Positions 10,511 to 24,670 of a stretch of DNA of 64,000 nt are shown here, piece after piece. Position 1 is the stretch's first letter; each line of letters begins with the position of its first letter. The translations under genes were made by a program, and so were the position numbers. A model generated the notes under the pieces. The model saw nothing but the letters and a program-made list of their open reading frames with translations. It had not been told where the DNA came from and ran no database searches. Origin of the DNA: Chiloscyllium plagiosum. Taxonomy: Eukaryota. The stretch lies in NCBI RefSeq assembly GCF_004010195.1, contig NC_057724.1, forward strand, positions 31,944,268 through 32,008,267, given 5' to 3'.

Positions 10511-13500
10511 TAGTTAAGAACCTGTGATTTCTCAACTGATACATCAAGGAAAGGGAGAACATTAGTTTACTCCATTTCAGTGGGAAATTTGAGCTCAGGA
10601 TGGAGTTTTGTTTTAAAACCTAAAACCAATTCAAAGTCACCCTGAGGGATGGAATGCTTTATTTTTCTAATCAACCTGTTTAGATATTATTACACAACTC
10701 TGAATGCTTGTGGGACTTGGATCCTGACTTCCTGATGCACAACCACTGTGTTACAAGGACGCACTTCACAAAAAAATAGTTATATGGTTTCCATTAGACA
10801 AACTTTTAAAACTTGGATATTTATTGCTTATTAACGGTCCAGCTTACCTTGTTCATTTTTCAAACTGAACTCAAATTCCACCATCTGCCATATTAGGACT
10901 TGAACCTATGTCATCAGGTCATTGACCTGGGAGTCTGAATTTTGAGTCCAGTGGCATTACCACTATGCCATAAACTCCCCATGGAATTTATTAAAGCTAT
11001 GTGTCAAAGTTTTTGCAACCGTGAATTGAAATATTGCAAACGTGTTATTTACATACTGGAGATTTGCAAGGGCGAAGAGATTAGTGATCTTTCCTTCGAA
11101 GATGCATTTCCCATGGTAACCAACAAAGATAGTAACAGACCTGGACCAAGGAGGAATCCCATGGTGATGCCATTTATTTGGGTCTCCATGATGTCATTGA
11201 TACCGAACGAAAATAGTTTCAACAGTACATTAATTGAACTGGGAGGTTCCACAGTAACATTTGCTGAGGGCAATAACGATGAACTTCAGTCCAAACGTTT
11301 TCTATTGTTTTCATACAAATAATGTATTAATTTTTAAAATTGATTAATATCTCACTGCTTCTTTAGCATTCCACAGGAGATAATTGAAAACAGACGTGGA
11401 CTGAATAATACCCAGCTATATAATAATGAACCAGAAGCTGGAGAAGAGAAACCAAGGGGTTGCAATTATGCAAAGATTGTGTAGAAATAAAAGTGAGTTT
11501 TATTAGCTCTGTCATGTTCTGTGGCCTTTGTTTTGCACTTTTGCAGCACAATGAGCAATATTTGCCAGGTAATATCACTTTGTACAGTCTATTCTCTGCA
11601 ACCCTGATGAGCAATGATAATTACAATAGCTACATTTTTCAGTACAATTTTTAATTTGTTCGACAGGTTAAAGTCCCAAGTCTTCCCCAATTTTGTATGC
11701 AAATCAATGTTAACATTGCATTTAGCAGAATTAGACAATAAAAATACTCCAGTGGTCGTGAAACATTTTGAACAATCTGAGCTCATAATGGGGCTATAGA
11801 AATGCAAGTCATTTATTTCTTTACATTACTCCATTAATTTAAAGCAAAAATGTTCACCAAACAGTCATGCCATATCGGCTCATAATTTTGAGGAAATGGC
11901 AAGGTTCCCATGTTATCTAAAATGGATGTCACGTTCCTCCTCCAAGGAGGTGGGAGTGAAGAGTGGGACATGTTTGACACAAATGCAGTTCACAATATGT
12001 TTAAAGCTGTAACTGCCTTCACCCATAAGTAATTTTCACAATCTGGCTTTCTGAAACGCAACTTATGAGCTTTACAAATTTAAGGAAAAAAAGCCTAAAT
12101 ATACCTCCGTTCTTTGGTAGCCTTTTGGGATTGGCTGCACTTTCTGCCACCCTGAAGTATGTGTACTAGCAGGGATATCCCTCAAATATATTTTAATAGA
12201 GTGATAAATATCTGATAAGAATCTTAATCAAAGTGTAATTTGGGTCAAAAATTAATTGTTAAAGTATAACTTCTTAAAGGCTTTAAACCTTGGCTTAAAA
12301 GTGTACACATACATGTTTGGAAATAATTGGCTGCTCAGTCGGCAGTCATCACTGGAAAGTTAATATCAGCAAATATGTAATTTTGATTGATTAATAGTAA
12401 ATTTATATATAAAAGGTTGATAAGGTGTGTGGAATTATCAAATTGTCTTTTGAAATCCCTGTCCTTTGAAACAAAAACATGCTGCCATGTATCTCCGTGG
12501 GTGGAAAAAGGTGCCTTTTAGTTTCTGAAGCTGTTTGTTGACATATGCCTGAGGGCTATCCATGTTCATACTACTTGACTGCTTCTATAACCTATATTCA
12601 CAATGAACGCTCTGTAAGTTCCATATGTGATTAACTAGAAATGAAGGGGTTAACTGTCTTATGATGTGGGGCTATAAGTACAAATGTTTGTCAGTATACA
12701 ACTTGAACTAACTAAAACGAAACAGGAAGTTGAAGCTTTACGACTAGCCCCAATCAGAACCTGGACACAAAAAACAGACTTGAACAGGGACGTCGCTTTA
12801 TACAGCATGAGAGGAGGCTGCAACGTCCCACTAGCAACGTTCAACTAGCCTGGTCTAGGAAATGTGTATCCACCATTAGATTTTGCTATTGGAAATCTTT
12901 CATTGTATAATTTGAATGAGAGTACTAAGAGTTGCACAAATCAGTTTAACATCAGCTGAGTTTCTCGTGTGATATATTTGCATATGCTAGAAACTACATG
13001 CATAAGTACATAGATGTAGGCAAAAGGAATTGGACATGTATTACTTCTTTGTTTCTTTAAAAAAAAGGATAGCCAATCTTTGCATCCCCTTTGCAATGCC
13101 CCAACCAATTCGAATTTATCTGCCTACTCTGAGAAAATAAGATTGATGGTTGACTGGCGAAAGTGTTTGAAAAATAGTTAAACATATCAGTGAGGTTTCT
13201 AAAAATATTGTGAAGTCTCTGGTGCGGAAGGGTATTTCATTTTACCTTATGCCTCCCGATATGGGCATGGAACGAATTGGCATGGAGAATGTAAGAGCAC
13301 AATGTAGATAGAGGGCATGGAATTTTAAGGGATCATGGGGTTTGTGGATCTTGGGATGGCATGAATTGCAGCCAGGTTAGCAGATGAACCATTGGAGATT
13401 GCGCAGAAGGGCATGGATTAGTATGGAGGGTGGGAGGGGATATGGGTAGTTGAAAGGGGAGAGCTTTTTAATTTTCATCACTGGGACCATGTTAATATTG

Positions 13501-15874
13501 TTATGATTCCAGCTAATGTTATTGCACAAAGTAGATCTCGAACTGAAACCTGGCTTGATACATCAGTGTTTATTTTTGCTTTCAATAGGGTGGTCTTTCA
13601 CAGAAATATTAGCAAGCAATGTTGCAGTTTTGGTTTTAACAATCAACCAGAAATTTACTTTCAAATGAAATGAAGGTGAAATAGAATAAACCAATTATTT
13701 ATTTTTGGCAAAATGTAAAAAGGATTGAAACAAATGGTAATAAACCTCAGATGTTTGAATTCCTTTTAATTCCCATTTGTTTGAACCTTCTGCAACTTGA
13801 TTTAATTAAGGGACTTTTCTAATTGTAGGTCAAGATGAGCTAAGTTTGCTCTTCAAAATTATTTAAGAATTGAGCATTTAGTGAACTTGCATGATGGAGC
13901 AGTTCATTTAAAGCCTTTGAGTATGTTTGTAGTCTCACTAAATATATGCAATAGTGGTAAGTTGGTTAAGATTTTGTTTTGATAAAGTATTTGCTGTCTG
14001 TAGGTTTATAATGTACCACTTTTCAAATTCTAAGTTATTTATCCAGAACTAAAGGGAAATCCCGTTAGGACTGACAATAACGCATCCAACTGCAACAGTG
14101 TGCGAGTATCTTGAACTACAGTAATTTTAATGAGTTCTGCCTTTTTCTCCATGCTAGGCTTGCTTGATACTTGATTGAATTGATTAGGGGAGAAAAAGCT
14201 GTGAATTTTAATGTAATCTTGTGCAGAAGTACAACTATCATGTCTCAATAGACAGGTGATGTGTTCCCTTTTAAAATGTTCAATAAAGATGCTGTTTACA
14301 TAAATGTCAAAACTGAGAGACTGAAAATGTGCAAATTGGTGTTTTCTTTCCTAGTTTGCATTTAATTTTTTAAAAAAGTGAATGATTTGAAATATAAAAG
14401 TGTTTTGCATTTTTTTTGCAACAAGAGCAAGGTCACAAATTCCAGATTGTGATTCTGTAATACCAGGTGCTGAAGATTGAGGGCATTATTGCACAGAGCA
14501 ATAATTTGCAGACTGGAGCCTGATGATTGCAATCATTAGATGTTTTTTAATGTATAGTTTTTGAGGTAAATATTATAAAGATTTTTTACTTGCATCAGCA
14601 AACCCCCTAGACAGGATAATATCATTGGGCAGTTATCCTGAGGGTGTTGGCATTGGGCAGACCTTGTTTTAAGATGTGCTGACATTACACTGAGGAAGCA
14701 TTTACGCAACTTCAAAAATATTTGTTCATGAAATGCTGACAAGGCCTCATTTATTGCCCAGCACTGGAGATGATAATGGTACTCCTAGAACTGCTGCAAT
14801 TATCGAATACTTAATGGCATAGAAGGAGGCTCTTCAGTTCATCCTTAAGGTAAGGATGCTCTCATGTTAATGGTCAAAGTTTTGACCAAATAAGGAAGAA
14901 TCAATGATTGCATGTCCCTTTAGGATGATAGCACTCTAATAAGAGATCAGCAACTTACTGATGACACATTGAATGAACTAAATTGGTTAACCCTATTTTT
15001 CTCTTCACAGATGCTGCCATATTGACTGAATGTTTCCAGCTTTTTATCTTGTTTCGGATTTTCAGCATCAGAATATTTTGCTTTAGTAGTAGGTTTGTTT
15101 CCCTTATGGCAGATGGAGAGAATACAAACCAGCTCATTCTCAAAAACTGGCAGCTTTTGGCCAGCACAGACAGGGCGGATCCCACTGAGCTGCTTTGGGT
15201 GACGGCCATTTGAGGTTTCTCACCCAGAGTATACTTGCTGCCCACTTCCCAGGGTAATTTGATGTCGATTGGAAACTTTTAAAGTTTCCACATGGCTGCC
15301 TTTAGTGATTTTGTGATTTGTGAGTTTGTGCGACATATAGTGAGCAATGATCTGAATGGGGTAGCCATTATCCCACACGATGGCTCTGATGCAACTGTGT
15401 GAAAGAAGTTCCTATGTTTGCTGTACTGAAACCTTTGCATTTAATCTGGTCGTGTCGCAACTTTAAATTATCTCACCCTTAACCATGAAAAACAATCTGC
15501 TTCTGTCTGTAAAATAAACAAAATGTTGAAAACAGTCTACAGGTCAGGCAGCATCTGTGGAGGGAAGCAGAGATAATTTTTCAGGTTGATGACTCTTCTT
15601 CCAATCTCACCTGTCTAACCTATCCCACCTTTTTGTAACTTTAAATAGTGGTCGCATTATTCTGTAAACTTGGTTCTTCAAACAAGAAAACACAATCTTT
15701 AAATCTGTCTCTTTTTGTATTTTCTTAAACTTGGCAATGTTCTATTACCTCAACATTCTTGGAACAGTATGATGCCCAATGGTGCTCATCTACTGGAATT
15801 GACATCTTTGATAGATTTTATATGCATTCATTTCTACCTTCTTAAATATTCCAGGCCTCTAGTGTTTATGCTGA

Positions 15875-16697
15875 GCACCAATTGGATACAAAGTTGGCTT
15901 GACTGTAGGTGACAGAAGGTGCTGGTAGGGGTTTGTTTTTCAGACTGGAGGTCTGTGATTAGCAGTGTACAACAGGGATCGGTGCTAGGTTTACTTTTGT
16001 TTGTCATTTATATATAAATGAGTTGGATGAAAGTACAGAAGACATAATTAGTAAGTTTACGAATGACACCAAAATTGGTTGTATGGTGGACATTGAAGAT
16101 TATCTAAGATGACAAGAGGATCTTGATCTATTGGGTCAATGGGCTGAGGAGTGGCAGATGGAGTTTACTTTGGATAAAAACAAGGTATTGCGTTTTGGTA
16201 AAACAAGGGCAGGATTTACGCAATTAATGGTAGGTAGTGGGTAATGTTGTAGAACAGAGAGACCCAGGGGTTCAGGTACATAATTCTTTGCAATTTGCAT
16301 CACAGGTAGACAGGGTCAGAAAGAAGGTGTTTAGAACGTTTGCCTTCATTGCTCAGACCTTTGAGTATAAGAGTTGGGATGTCATGTTGAGTTTGTACAG
16401 GATGTTGGTGAGGCCTCTTCTGGAGTACTGTGTGCAGTTCTGGTCATCCTGTTATAGGAAGTGGTGGATGTAGGTACATTTACAAGATTTAAAAGACATT
16501 TGAATAAGTACTTGAATAGGAAAGGTTTGGATGGATATGGGCCAAATGCAGGCATGGGGGACTAGTTTAGTTGGGGAACATGGTTGGCCTAGACTAATTA
16601 TACCAAAGTGTCTGTTTCCATGCTGGCATCCCCCTTGGTATACAGGTACCTGGAGGTTCTGGTGGATAGGATGGTGGTGAGGACAGATGACTCTATA
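15875..16697 (+). mobile_element. CR1 LINE 3' fragment with an internal deletion (~16461) and a 61 bp foreign insert in its tail
   Basis: RT remnant (VxQGSVLG..LFVIY, NDTKIG), LVRPLLEYCVQFWS and the typical tail tctgtttccatgctg..atgactctat. Confidence 0.9.
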
Positions 16698-17351
16698 GTG
16701 CCCTATTTTAGCATTGCGTTTACACTGTGAGCAAATGGTTTAGCCTCTCTTTATGAAATTTCAATGCCAGAGGGTTTGCTTTCCTGCTGTGAAATGTGGC
16801 TAAGGAGCAGCTTCCTTTTGCTACAGCCATCTATGATAATGATCAGGACCTATAATATTTGCTGGATCCACTGTACTCTTAACGTCTCAACAGCGCATGG
16901 AATGAACTGAGTTTGTTCATCCCTGTGAAGATTAGACTAAGTTTTCAGAAGAATGGTCACTTCCACAGGACTATGCAACTATGTCCTTGCCCCTGATGTG
17001 TCCTGAAGTTTGAAGAACAGTTTCACCAGGAATGACAATGGAAGGTTGAGGATTTTTGTTTTATCGAATCTGGGACAGCTTTCCCATTTTCTAATACGCT
17101 GAGCAGGTTGAGCTTGTCTTAATAAGTGGGTCATTGCCATTAGTTTTATGGATTTTTTTTTCTTGCTCATTATAGGATTTGGGTGGCTCTGTCTAGTCAA
17201 CATTTATTTCCTTCTCTAACTATGTAACACTTCTAAAGCTATGTATGCAGAAGGAGGAGAGAGGACAAATTCATCTGTGATTGTCATCAACTGCCATCTC
17301 TTTTGTCTTTTCATAAATCCAAATGTTAAAATCCATTCTGACAGCTGGCAA

Positions 17352-17605
17352 TGGATGACACGGTGGCTCAGTGGCTAACACTGCTGCAGCCGTATTAAAT
17401 TGTCCATACTGTCCAGGAATGTATTGATTAGGTGGATTAACCATGGGAAATGTAGGACTAAGGGATAGAGTAGTGGAGTGGGGGGGGGGGGGGGCGGGGG
17501 AGAATGCGAAGGGAGGTGAGACTGGGTGGGATGCTCTTCAGAGAGTCAGTGTGGACTTGAGGTCTGAATCCAAATAGCCTGTTTCAATACTGTAGGGATT
17601 CTTTG
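17352..17605 (+). mobile_element. HE1-like V-SINE, internally deleted
   Basis: A-box cggtggctcagtggctaacactgctg and 3' part similar to the full copy at 47377-47696. Confidence 0.75.
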
Positions 17606-19464
17606 AAAAGTAGGCTTGTTGGAGGAGTTAGTTGATTATCTGCTTTCCCTGACCAATGAATGGCCTCTGAGTCCACTAAGTGTCTCCAACTCACCAGTTG
17701 TATGCTAATGAGACCAAACCTTCTGTGTTGGGGCTATATTCACCCTCTTTCCTGATTATTGCAGCAGACTCAGGATGTATTCTTTGAAATGCAATGATAT
17801 TTTAAATCAGAAAAATAAAATCTGGTTTTAATATCCAGAGCATTCTGCAGTTGTGTCTTGTTCAATAATCTAATCCGACCTGTATTGGTGGTGCAAGGGC
17901 AGGACAGATGGTGAGCTGACCGGAATGAGTAAGTAGCAAGCTCGGACAGCAGGACAGCTCAGTAGTAAAGGAGGATTTTGGACCAATTAGGTGCCAAGGT
18001 CTCCTCTAGGTAAGGGGAAGGCTGTCCTCACCACCATCCTATCCACCAGAACCTCCAGGTACCTGTATACCAAGGGGGATGCCAGCTCCCCCCTCTTGAC
18101 CACCTCTTTTCACAATGTCACAAATGGCTTGGAATGGTTGCTCCTGCCTTGCAGTGTTTGAACTGGTATGATGCTGAGTTTTAAATGTGGCGTCCATGCT
18201 TTCTACACTAAGGTCCTGGTAGCAATAAACACTTCTGCCTCTGTCCACACAGTTCAACAAGAAGGGCCCTGTGGAGGCCGGAGGCATACCTAATGAAGTG
18301 AACAATAGTAGGTCGTGTGAGAAATGCTGCCAAGGCTCACAGGAAGAAACTGTCCATGTAGCTCCCCAAAATCGACACTGAGCTAAAACATGGGAAGTGT
18401 AATCTGAGATACTGGTGTGCTGCCATGTTCAGGAAACACACATTTTGACATCCCTTGAAGTCTTCTCAACATATCCATTTTTCTAATGGTCAAACATTCA
18501 CCTTGGTGAAATGAAAGCATGAAGGACTAGAAGTACTCAGCAGGACTGGCAGCATCTGTAAAAAGAGGAACAGAGTTAATATTTCTGGCACCTTTCACAA
18601 GGCTGATCTTAATGAGATGGAAAAGGCATGGAAATGCTGGGTCCTGACTGTAATTGCCATACACAGGGTTACAAAGTTCAAGTTCAAACACCACCAGCCT
18701 TGGAGGTGGGTCACAGCATGTCTGAGCTGGTAAATTAAATTAACCAATGGTTTCGATTCTAGGCTACTTAGTATTTTGCATCATTATTTTAGCTCCCACC
18801 AGCTTCCCAGAGGTACCCACTGGCTGGCAAACCTAGCTCGATCAAACCCAGAAATGAGAGGCAACATGTTGGGTTCCTGAAAGTGTCAGCTTGAGCACCA
18901 CATCTTGCACCTAAAAGGGCAACTGCTAAACCTAGAATCCCTGTGAATGTCAAGAAATAAGAGATAGCAAAAGAGAATGTTTGTCAATCAACTGATCGTT
19001 CAGTGACTCCAAAAGGGTAGGCAACTCGAGAAAGTGCAATGACAAAATTGAACTGACAATTAGGAGAGCAAAAAAAAGAGATTGAGAGGTAAACATTGAA
19101 TAAATGAAGGAAAACCCAAAAATGTTTTCCAAACAGATGAAGAGTAAGTGGATGACTAAGGAATGAGTAAGGTCTATTTCAGGTCAAACATGCAACCCCA
19201 TGTAGAAGCAGAATATCTGGGGATGGGATCTTGATGAAAACCTGTGATTATCCTTATAAAAGTTGGGCGGGGGAGCAATGTAACGAAGGTGAACGTTTTG
19301 GCTAGGTAAACCTTCTGACAGGGGAAATATTAAGGATTATTGTAACTTTGGAAGCAGGTGAACCACATTTCAAGTTAGATATGACCTTTTTTTCCCCAGA
19401 AGGTTACAAAGTGAAAAATGAGATGTTGTTCCTCCAGCTTGCATTGATCTTCTTTGGGACACTG

Positions 19465-19654
19465 CCGGAAGCGGCAGGGACAGACCACTATAAACACTGG
19501 AGGAAACATCAAAGAAGCGCTTTGCAGGAGGCTCCCAAGCACTGATGATGTCGCCTAGCCAGGGGACGAAACGTTTGCAACAAAAACTTCCAGCTCGGCG
19601 AACAGAACCACAACAACGAGCACCCGAGCTACAAATCTTCGCACAAACTTTGAA
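19465..19654 (+). mobile_element. Penelope 3' end/pLTR, family P2, with hammerhead motif at 19539-19578; nested in an older minus-strand Penelope remnant (~19395-19830)
   Basis: GCA-CUGAUGA-U-GUCgCC/UAGCCA/GGgGAC-GAAA-CGUU-UGC (3 bp stem I). Tail gagctacaaatcttc is shared with 32082 and 63857. Confidence 0.75.
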
Positions 19655-19989
19655 CAGAACATAAATGTTAGGATGAGACCAAGTTGTTTTTTTGAAATGA
19701 CAAGCAACTGGATAGTTGGGGTCATCCTGTGTACAGAGCGAAGTCGTTTTAAAATATGGTCACCCAACGTGAGTTTGATCTTGCTAATGTAAAGGAGACT
19801 TTATTGCATACCGTAAATACAACAGATTTGATTGAAAAGTTTGTGTTGCACATTGAGGAGGGAAGAGCTGGGACCGGAAGTGATCTGCCTTCTACGACTG
19901 CATGGGAAGGTGCCATGGTGGGTAACAGAATATTAGGAGTGAAGGAAAATGATCTAGGGTAATCCACCACATCATGATAATGAGCCTCC

Positions 19990-20700
19990 GAGAAAGAAAA
20001 GCCCCCATCTGTTTAAAATGGATGACCCCTTCTATAGTGACTCCTAGTTCTTGATTCTCCTGTGATAAAGTATCTTCTTCACATCTTTTATGTTACAATT
20101 CATTCACCTCTGACTCTTTTTAAAAAATACCCCAGAATATATAAGCCTCAGATGTTCAACTTTTTCTCGTAAGGCAACCCGCCTATTCCAGTGAGCACTC
20201 TATGAACTGCTCATGTATTTACATCCTTTATTGAATAAGGAGACCAATACTGTACATGGTATCCCAGATTAGGTCTTACCAGTATCCTGTGGAACTGAAG
20301 CATATCCTTCCTGATTTTGTATTCCATTCCCCTCACAAAACATTACAATCTTACATTAGCTTTTCAAATTATTTGTTGTACCTAATACTAACCTTAGTAT
20401 TTCAAGCAAGAGGACACTCAGACCCTTCCCCATCTCTGAGCTCTGCAATCCCTCACAATTTAGATAACACACTTCTTGTTTATTCTTCCTGCCAAAAACC
20501 AACAGTTTTGCATTTTCCAACATTATACTCCAAAAATCTTTGCTAAATCTTTACACATTCACTAAACGTATTTATATTTTACTGTAGCCTCTGCAATTTA
20601 TTTTGCCACTTTCCTTTGTATCCTTGGCAAAGTCGGCAGCCTTGCCTCCTCTCCCTTCAATCAAGCCATTTATATAAATTGTAAATAGCTGAGGTCTCAG
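19990..20700 (-). mobile_element. Old degenerate CR1 fragment
   Basis: Recognisable antisense motifs ggagaccaatactgtaca, ttgcattttccaacattatactcca and tatccttggcaaagtc (ADDTK-like). Confidence 0.6.
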
Positions 20701-21454
20701 CTGTCTTCATTACAGTTAATAGCCTTTGATACCAGTTCCTAATATTATGTTTGGTTTTGTCGTCAGTGATTCAACAATAATATTAATCAAAGATTTGTTA
20801 CCAACATAACAACGGAAATTTCAGTGAAATGCAAAAGCTTTTGCCATCCAAGAAAGAGCTGACTCGAACACCGAGTTGGCAGTTAAACATGTAATATCAT
20901 AAATCTAGCTGTTTTAATAGTTTTGTCTTCAAGTTTGCAATAACAAATGAACGTATGGATTATTTTCCCACCTTCCAATTTTACTGTTGTTTTTCAAGAA
21001 ATGGGCCTTTTTGACCACATAAAAGCCTGTGAATCCTTTGTTGGACTATTAAATGTAGTTGGGTCTAAAACTCATTGTGGGATAAGCAAAATGTTGAGCC
21101 TATGAACTTGTGGGAACAGCTGTGCTTCAGACTGGAGTGCACGTCAACCTGCCAGGACTTGATTCTTCTGCATCGTGTTCTCCATTATCAGGGACTCGGA
21201 ACTGCATGTCAGATGAAGTATATTTATTACATTCCTTAGTATAATGTGATGAAAGACTTACCCTATAAAATATCCAATTTAAGGAATTTGAAAGTTTTTC
21301 TGCAGCTCTACTGCCATCTTACAGCAGTTACCTTTATCGATAATACCTTTTACAGAATGCAACTGCCTAGGAAAATATTAAAACACCCTTGAAGTCCGAA
21401 GTGTTGCAGTACCCAGCTGGTCATTTCTTTCTGCCCTTGCCTGCCTGATGATTG

Positions 21455-22101
21455 AGTCATACAGCATGGAAACAGGCCCTTCGGCCCAACTCATTCATGC
21501 CGACTCGGTTCCCTAAACTGAACCAGTCCCACTTGTCACGATTTGACCCCTATCTGTCTGAGCCTGTCCAAATGTCTTTTAAATATTGTAATTTTGTCAG
21601 CCTCCACCACCTCATCTTGTAGCTCATTCTATACACGCTCTACCCTTTGTGAAAACATTGCCCCTCAGGTCCTTTTCCAACCTTTCCCCTTTCACCTTAA
21701 ACCTATGCCCTCTAGTTTTGGCCTCCCTACCCTGCAAAAAATGACCCTAGTTATTCAACTAATCCACGCCCCTCATGACTTTGTAAACCTCAATAAGGTT
21801 ACCATCTTAGCCTCCGACACCCAGTGAAAGAAGTCCCAGCCTATCCAGCATTTCTAATAATCCAAGCTTTCTAGTCTCCGTAATATCCTTAAATCTTTTT
21901 GCACCTTTTTCCAGTTTAATAACATCCTTCCTATAGCAGGGCAACCAGAATTGTAAAAAGTACTCGAAATGTGGCCTCAACGTCTTGTACAGCTATAGCA
22001 TGACATCCCAACTCCTACTCTCAATGCTTTGACAGATGAAGACAGGTGTTGCAAACACCTCCTTCACCACCCTGTCTATCTGTGGCGCCACTTTCAAGGA
22101 A
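21455..22101 (-). mobile_element. CR1 LINE 3' fragment
   Basis: gagtcatacagcatggaaacaggcccttcggcccaac tail plus antisense ORF2 C-terminus. Confidence 0.85.
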
Positions 22102-22730
22102 CTATGTTTGATGTGATTTATTTATTGTCACATATTTTGTTACAAAGTACAGTGAAAAGCATTCTATAGTGTCGCCACTTTCCAGCACTATCTTAAGACA
22201 CGGTAAAATAAAACAAAACATAGAATATAAAGGCATTAAAAGGGAAGAAATAAAGAATAAGTGCCCAACTTTGCCATTGTCCTTGTTAAGTGGGCCAGGG
22301 GCCTGGTGACCAGACACAAGTCCCCTTAGCCATGTCACCATTGGAACAAAAGTTGCCCACTCTTCAGTGCCATCTTGCCTCACCAATGTGGATGCTACCG
22401 ATGCCACTTCAGACTCCCCTCATCGATGTGGCCATTGCTGATACCATCGGGTCTTGTCTTTCATCACATTATACTGAGGAATGTAATAAATATACGTCAT
22501 CTGACATGCAATTCAGAGTCCCTGATAATGGAGAGCAAGATGCAGAAGAATCAAGTCTTGGCAGGTTCAAACTCGCCTAGGCAGGCACCTCCATGAATTC
22601 ATGCTGGACATTGTCGAGAACCAATACTTACCTCTGCCGCAGCAGCCATGAGCCAGTGCTAGGACTGCCTCGCCGATGCAAAAGTCAAACCTGCTGTCAA
22701 CTGTTGTTGGACCTACTTGAGTCTCCAGGG
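22102..22730 (-). mobile_element. Short non-coding LINE-derived element related to 35852-36460
   Basis: Shares tttattgtcac..tac..agt.aaaa..tata.tg..gccac.....g..c.atctta with the 35852 copy; minus-strand AATAAA and aatca-like tail. The right boundary is uncertain. Confidence 0.45.
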
Positions 22731-24469
22731 CACTAACATTAACTGTTCTCAGCTAATACCACTGTAAATTACAGTTTTGGGCTAAGTAGAATTTCCATCT
22801 GGTTAAAAATACATTGAACTTTATTGTCAGTAATTTTAAAGTAGCTGAATAACTCTAGGCTTCTTGGATTTATTCTTTACAAAGCCTTGGGTCTGGATGT
22901 TCAGAGGAATGTGATCCAGCAAGTACAGAAACATTCTATTTAACTTTAAAGAAACATCAAGTGTATTAGAAGTTACTGGAGTTTGAGAGATGGTACTCTT
23001 AGTTTTGATGTTGTCATTCTTCACAAAATGTAAGGTCATTAGGAATTCTCTAGGGAAACACTTTCTATGAACAAAATGGCCATATTTACTACTTGAGGGC
23101 TTTGTGCCACCATTCCTAGTATTTTACTGTCTCTGATGGTGGTGATGGGGATCTTATGCTTTACTTGCATAGCTGTTGTCAGGTAAAAGGGCCCTCTTTT
23201 TTGGGGAATGATCAAACAGAGCCTCTAGGAAGCATACCTCCAGGTCAGGCCTTTAACCTCCCCCGGCCTCTTGAACCTGGCCCCCTCATCATGCTTAGAA
23301 GGCTGGCCCACGACTTATGTGGGCTCCTAACCATAGTAGTACTGTCCATCACTGGCTACACTGGAAACAGAACTGCCAGCCATCTTACCAATCAGACTGG
23401 CAGTTGGCATAAGGTGGAATAAAATGGGATTCCTCCTGAGATGGGACAACATCTCACTTTTATGTAAGTAATGCTATTCCTATTGTTAAATTGCCAAGAA
23501 GCAACCATTGAGATTGTGGAAGGACCAGATTTTGCCTTAGGTATGGGTGTCGAACCTCAGTATCTCATAGCATTTAGTGCCAGATATCAGGTAAATGCTT
23601 AAGATCGAACACATATCAATATATGCAATTAATATATTATTAATGTATAAATACAACTTATGGATATATTTTTAGAGCATTAATATATAGCATCTGATAT
23701 CAATGTGTAATCAAGTTTATTGACAAAAATATACAAAAAAACTCTGTTTACATTCTAACTTTACTATTAATTTAAAAATCCTCCCTTGAAAAGGGTGACC
23801 ATCTTAGCTGTAATTATCCTCAAAGTTTGGAAATCAGGTTGTCATATCCAGAATTGTGTGCATATACCAGTGTCGCCCTTTCGTTTTTGGCAATGGTCCT
23901 ACACAATTTACTAACACTCTGTTGAATGGAGGATACCTTCCATGTGGACTGCAGTGGTTCAGGAAGAAAACTGAACTCACCTGTTCAAGGGCTAATGGAA
24001 ATGGGCAATAAATAATTTCTTTACCCGTGAGAATAAGCTGAGGATATATTATATGCTGATAAGGATTTTTAAATATGCTTTATTCAGAGAGTTGTTAACA
24101 TTCTTTATCAATGCCTTTGACAGTCCAGTATTCATTATCTTTGCATGTCTGAGCTTATTTGAATTGGCTGCTGAATCAGTGGCTATGGAAATGGGTGTTT
24201 GGAATACTACACTGTACAAAATGTTCATTCTTTGTGTATTTGGAACAGGCTTTATCTAATATTGCATCAGAGGATAGTAACATCTGAAACAGCAATAGAC
24301 AAACAATAAAATGGTGGACTGGAGAGGATTGTGGCTGTAAATGCTGCTGGTTTTCTTTTGAGGTTTTTTTTTCCGTGCTGGAGCTGATTTCCTTGCTTTC
24401 TTGGATCAGCAATTACTGTTTTGTAAGTTTTTGCACTGTTCTTGGAATTGCTTTTAAAGAAAATCAAAA

Positions 24470-24670
24470 ATGAAGAATGGGTTACCAGAGGAGGTGGTGG
24501 ATGCAAGTACGATTACAACATTTAAAAGATGCCTAGATTGGTCTATGAATAGGAAGAGTTTGGAGGGATATGGGCCAAATGCTGGCAAAGGGGTCAAGAT
24601 CAGTTTAGGATGTCTGGTCAGCACAGGCAGGTTGAACTGAAGGATCTGTTTCCATGCTGTATAACTCTGA
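24470..24670 (+). mobile_element. CR1 3' tail fragment
   Basis: ccagaggaggtggtggatgc..gaataggaagagtttggagggatatgggcc..tctgtttccatgctgtataactctga. Confidence 0.85.
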
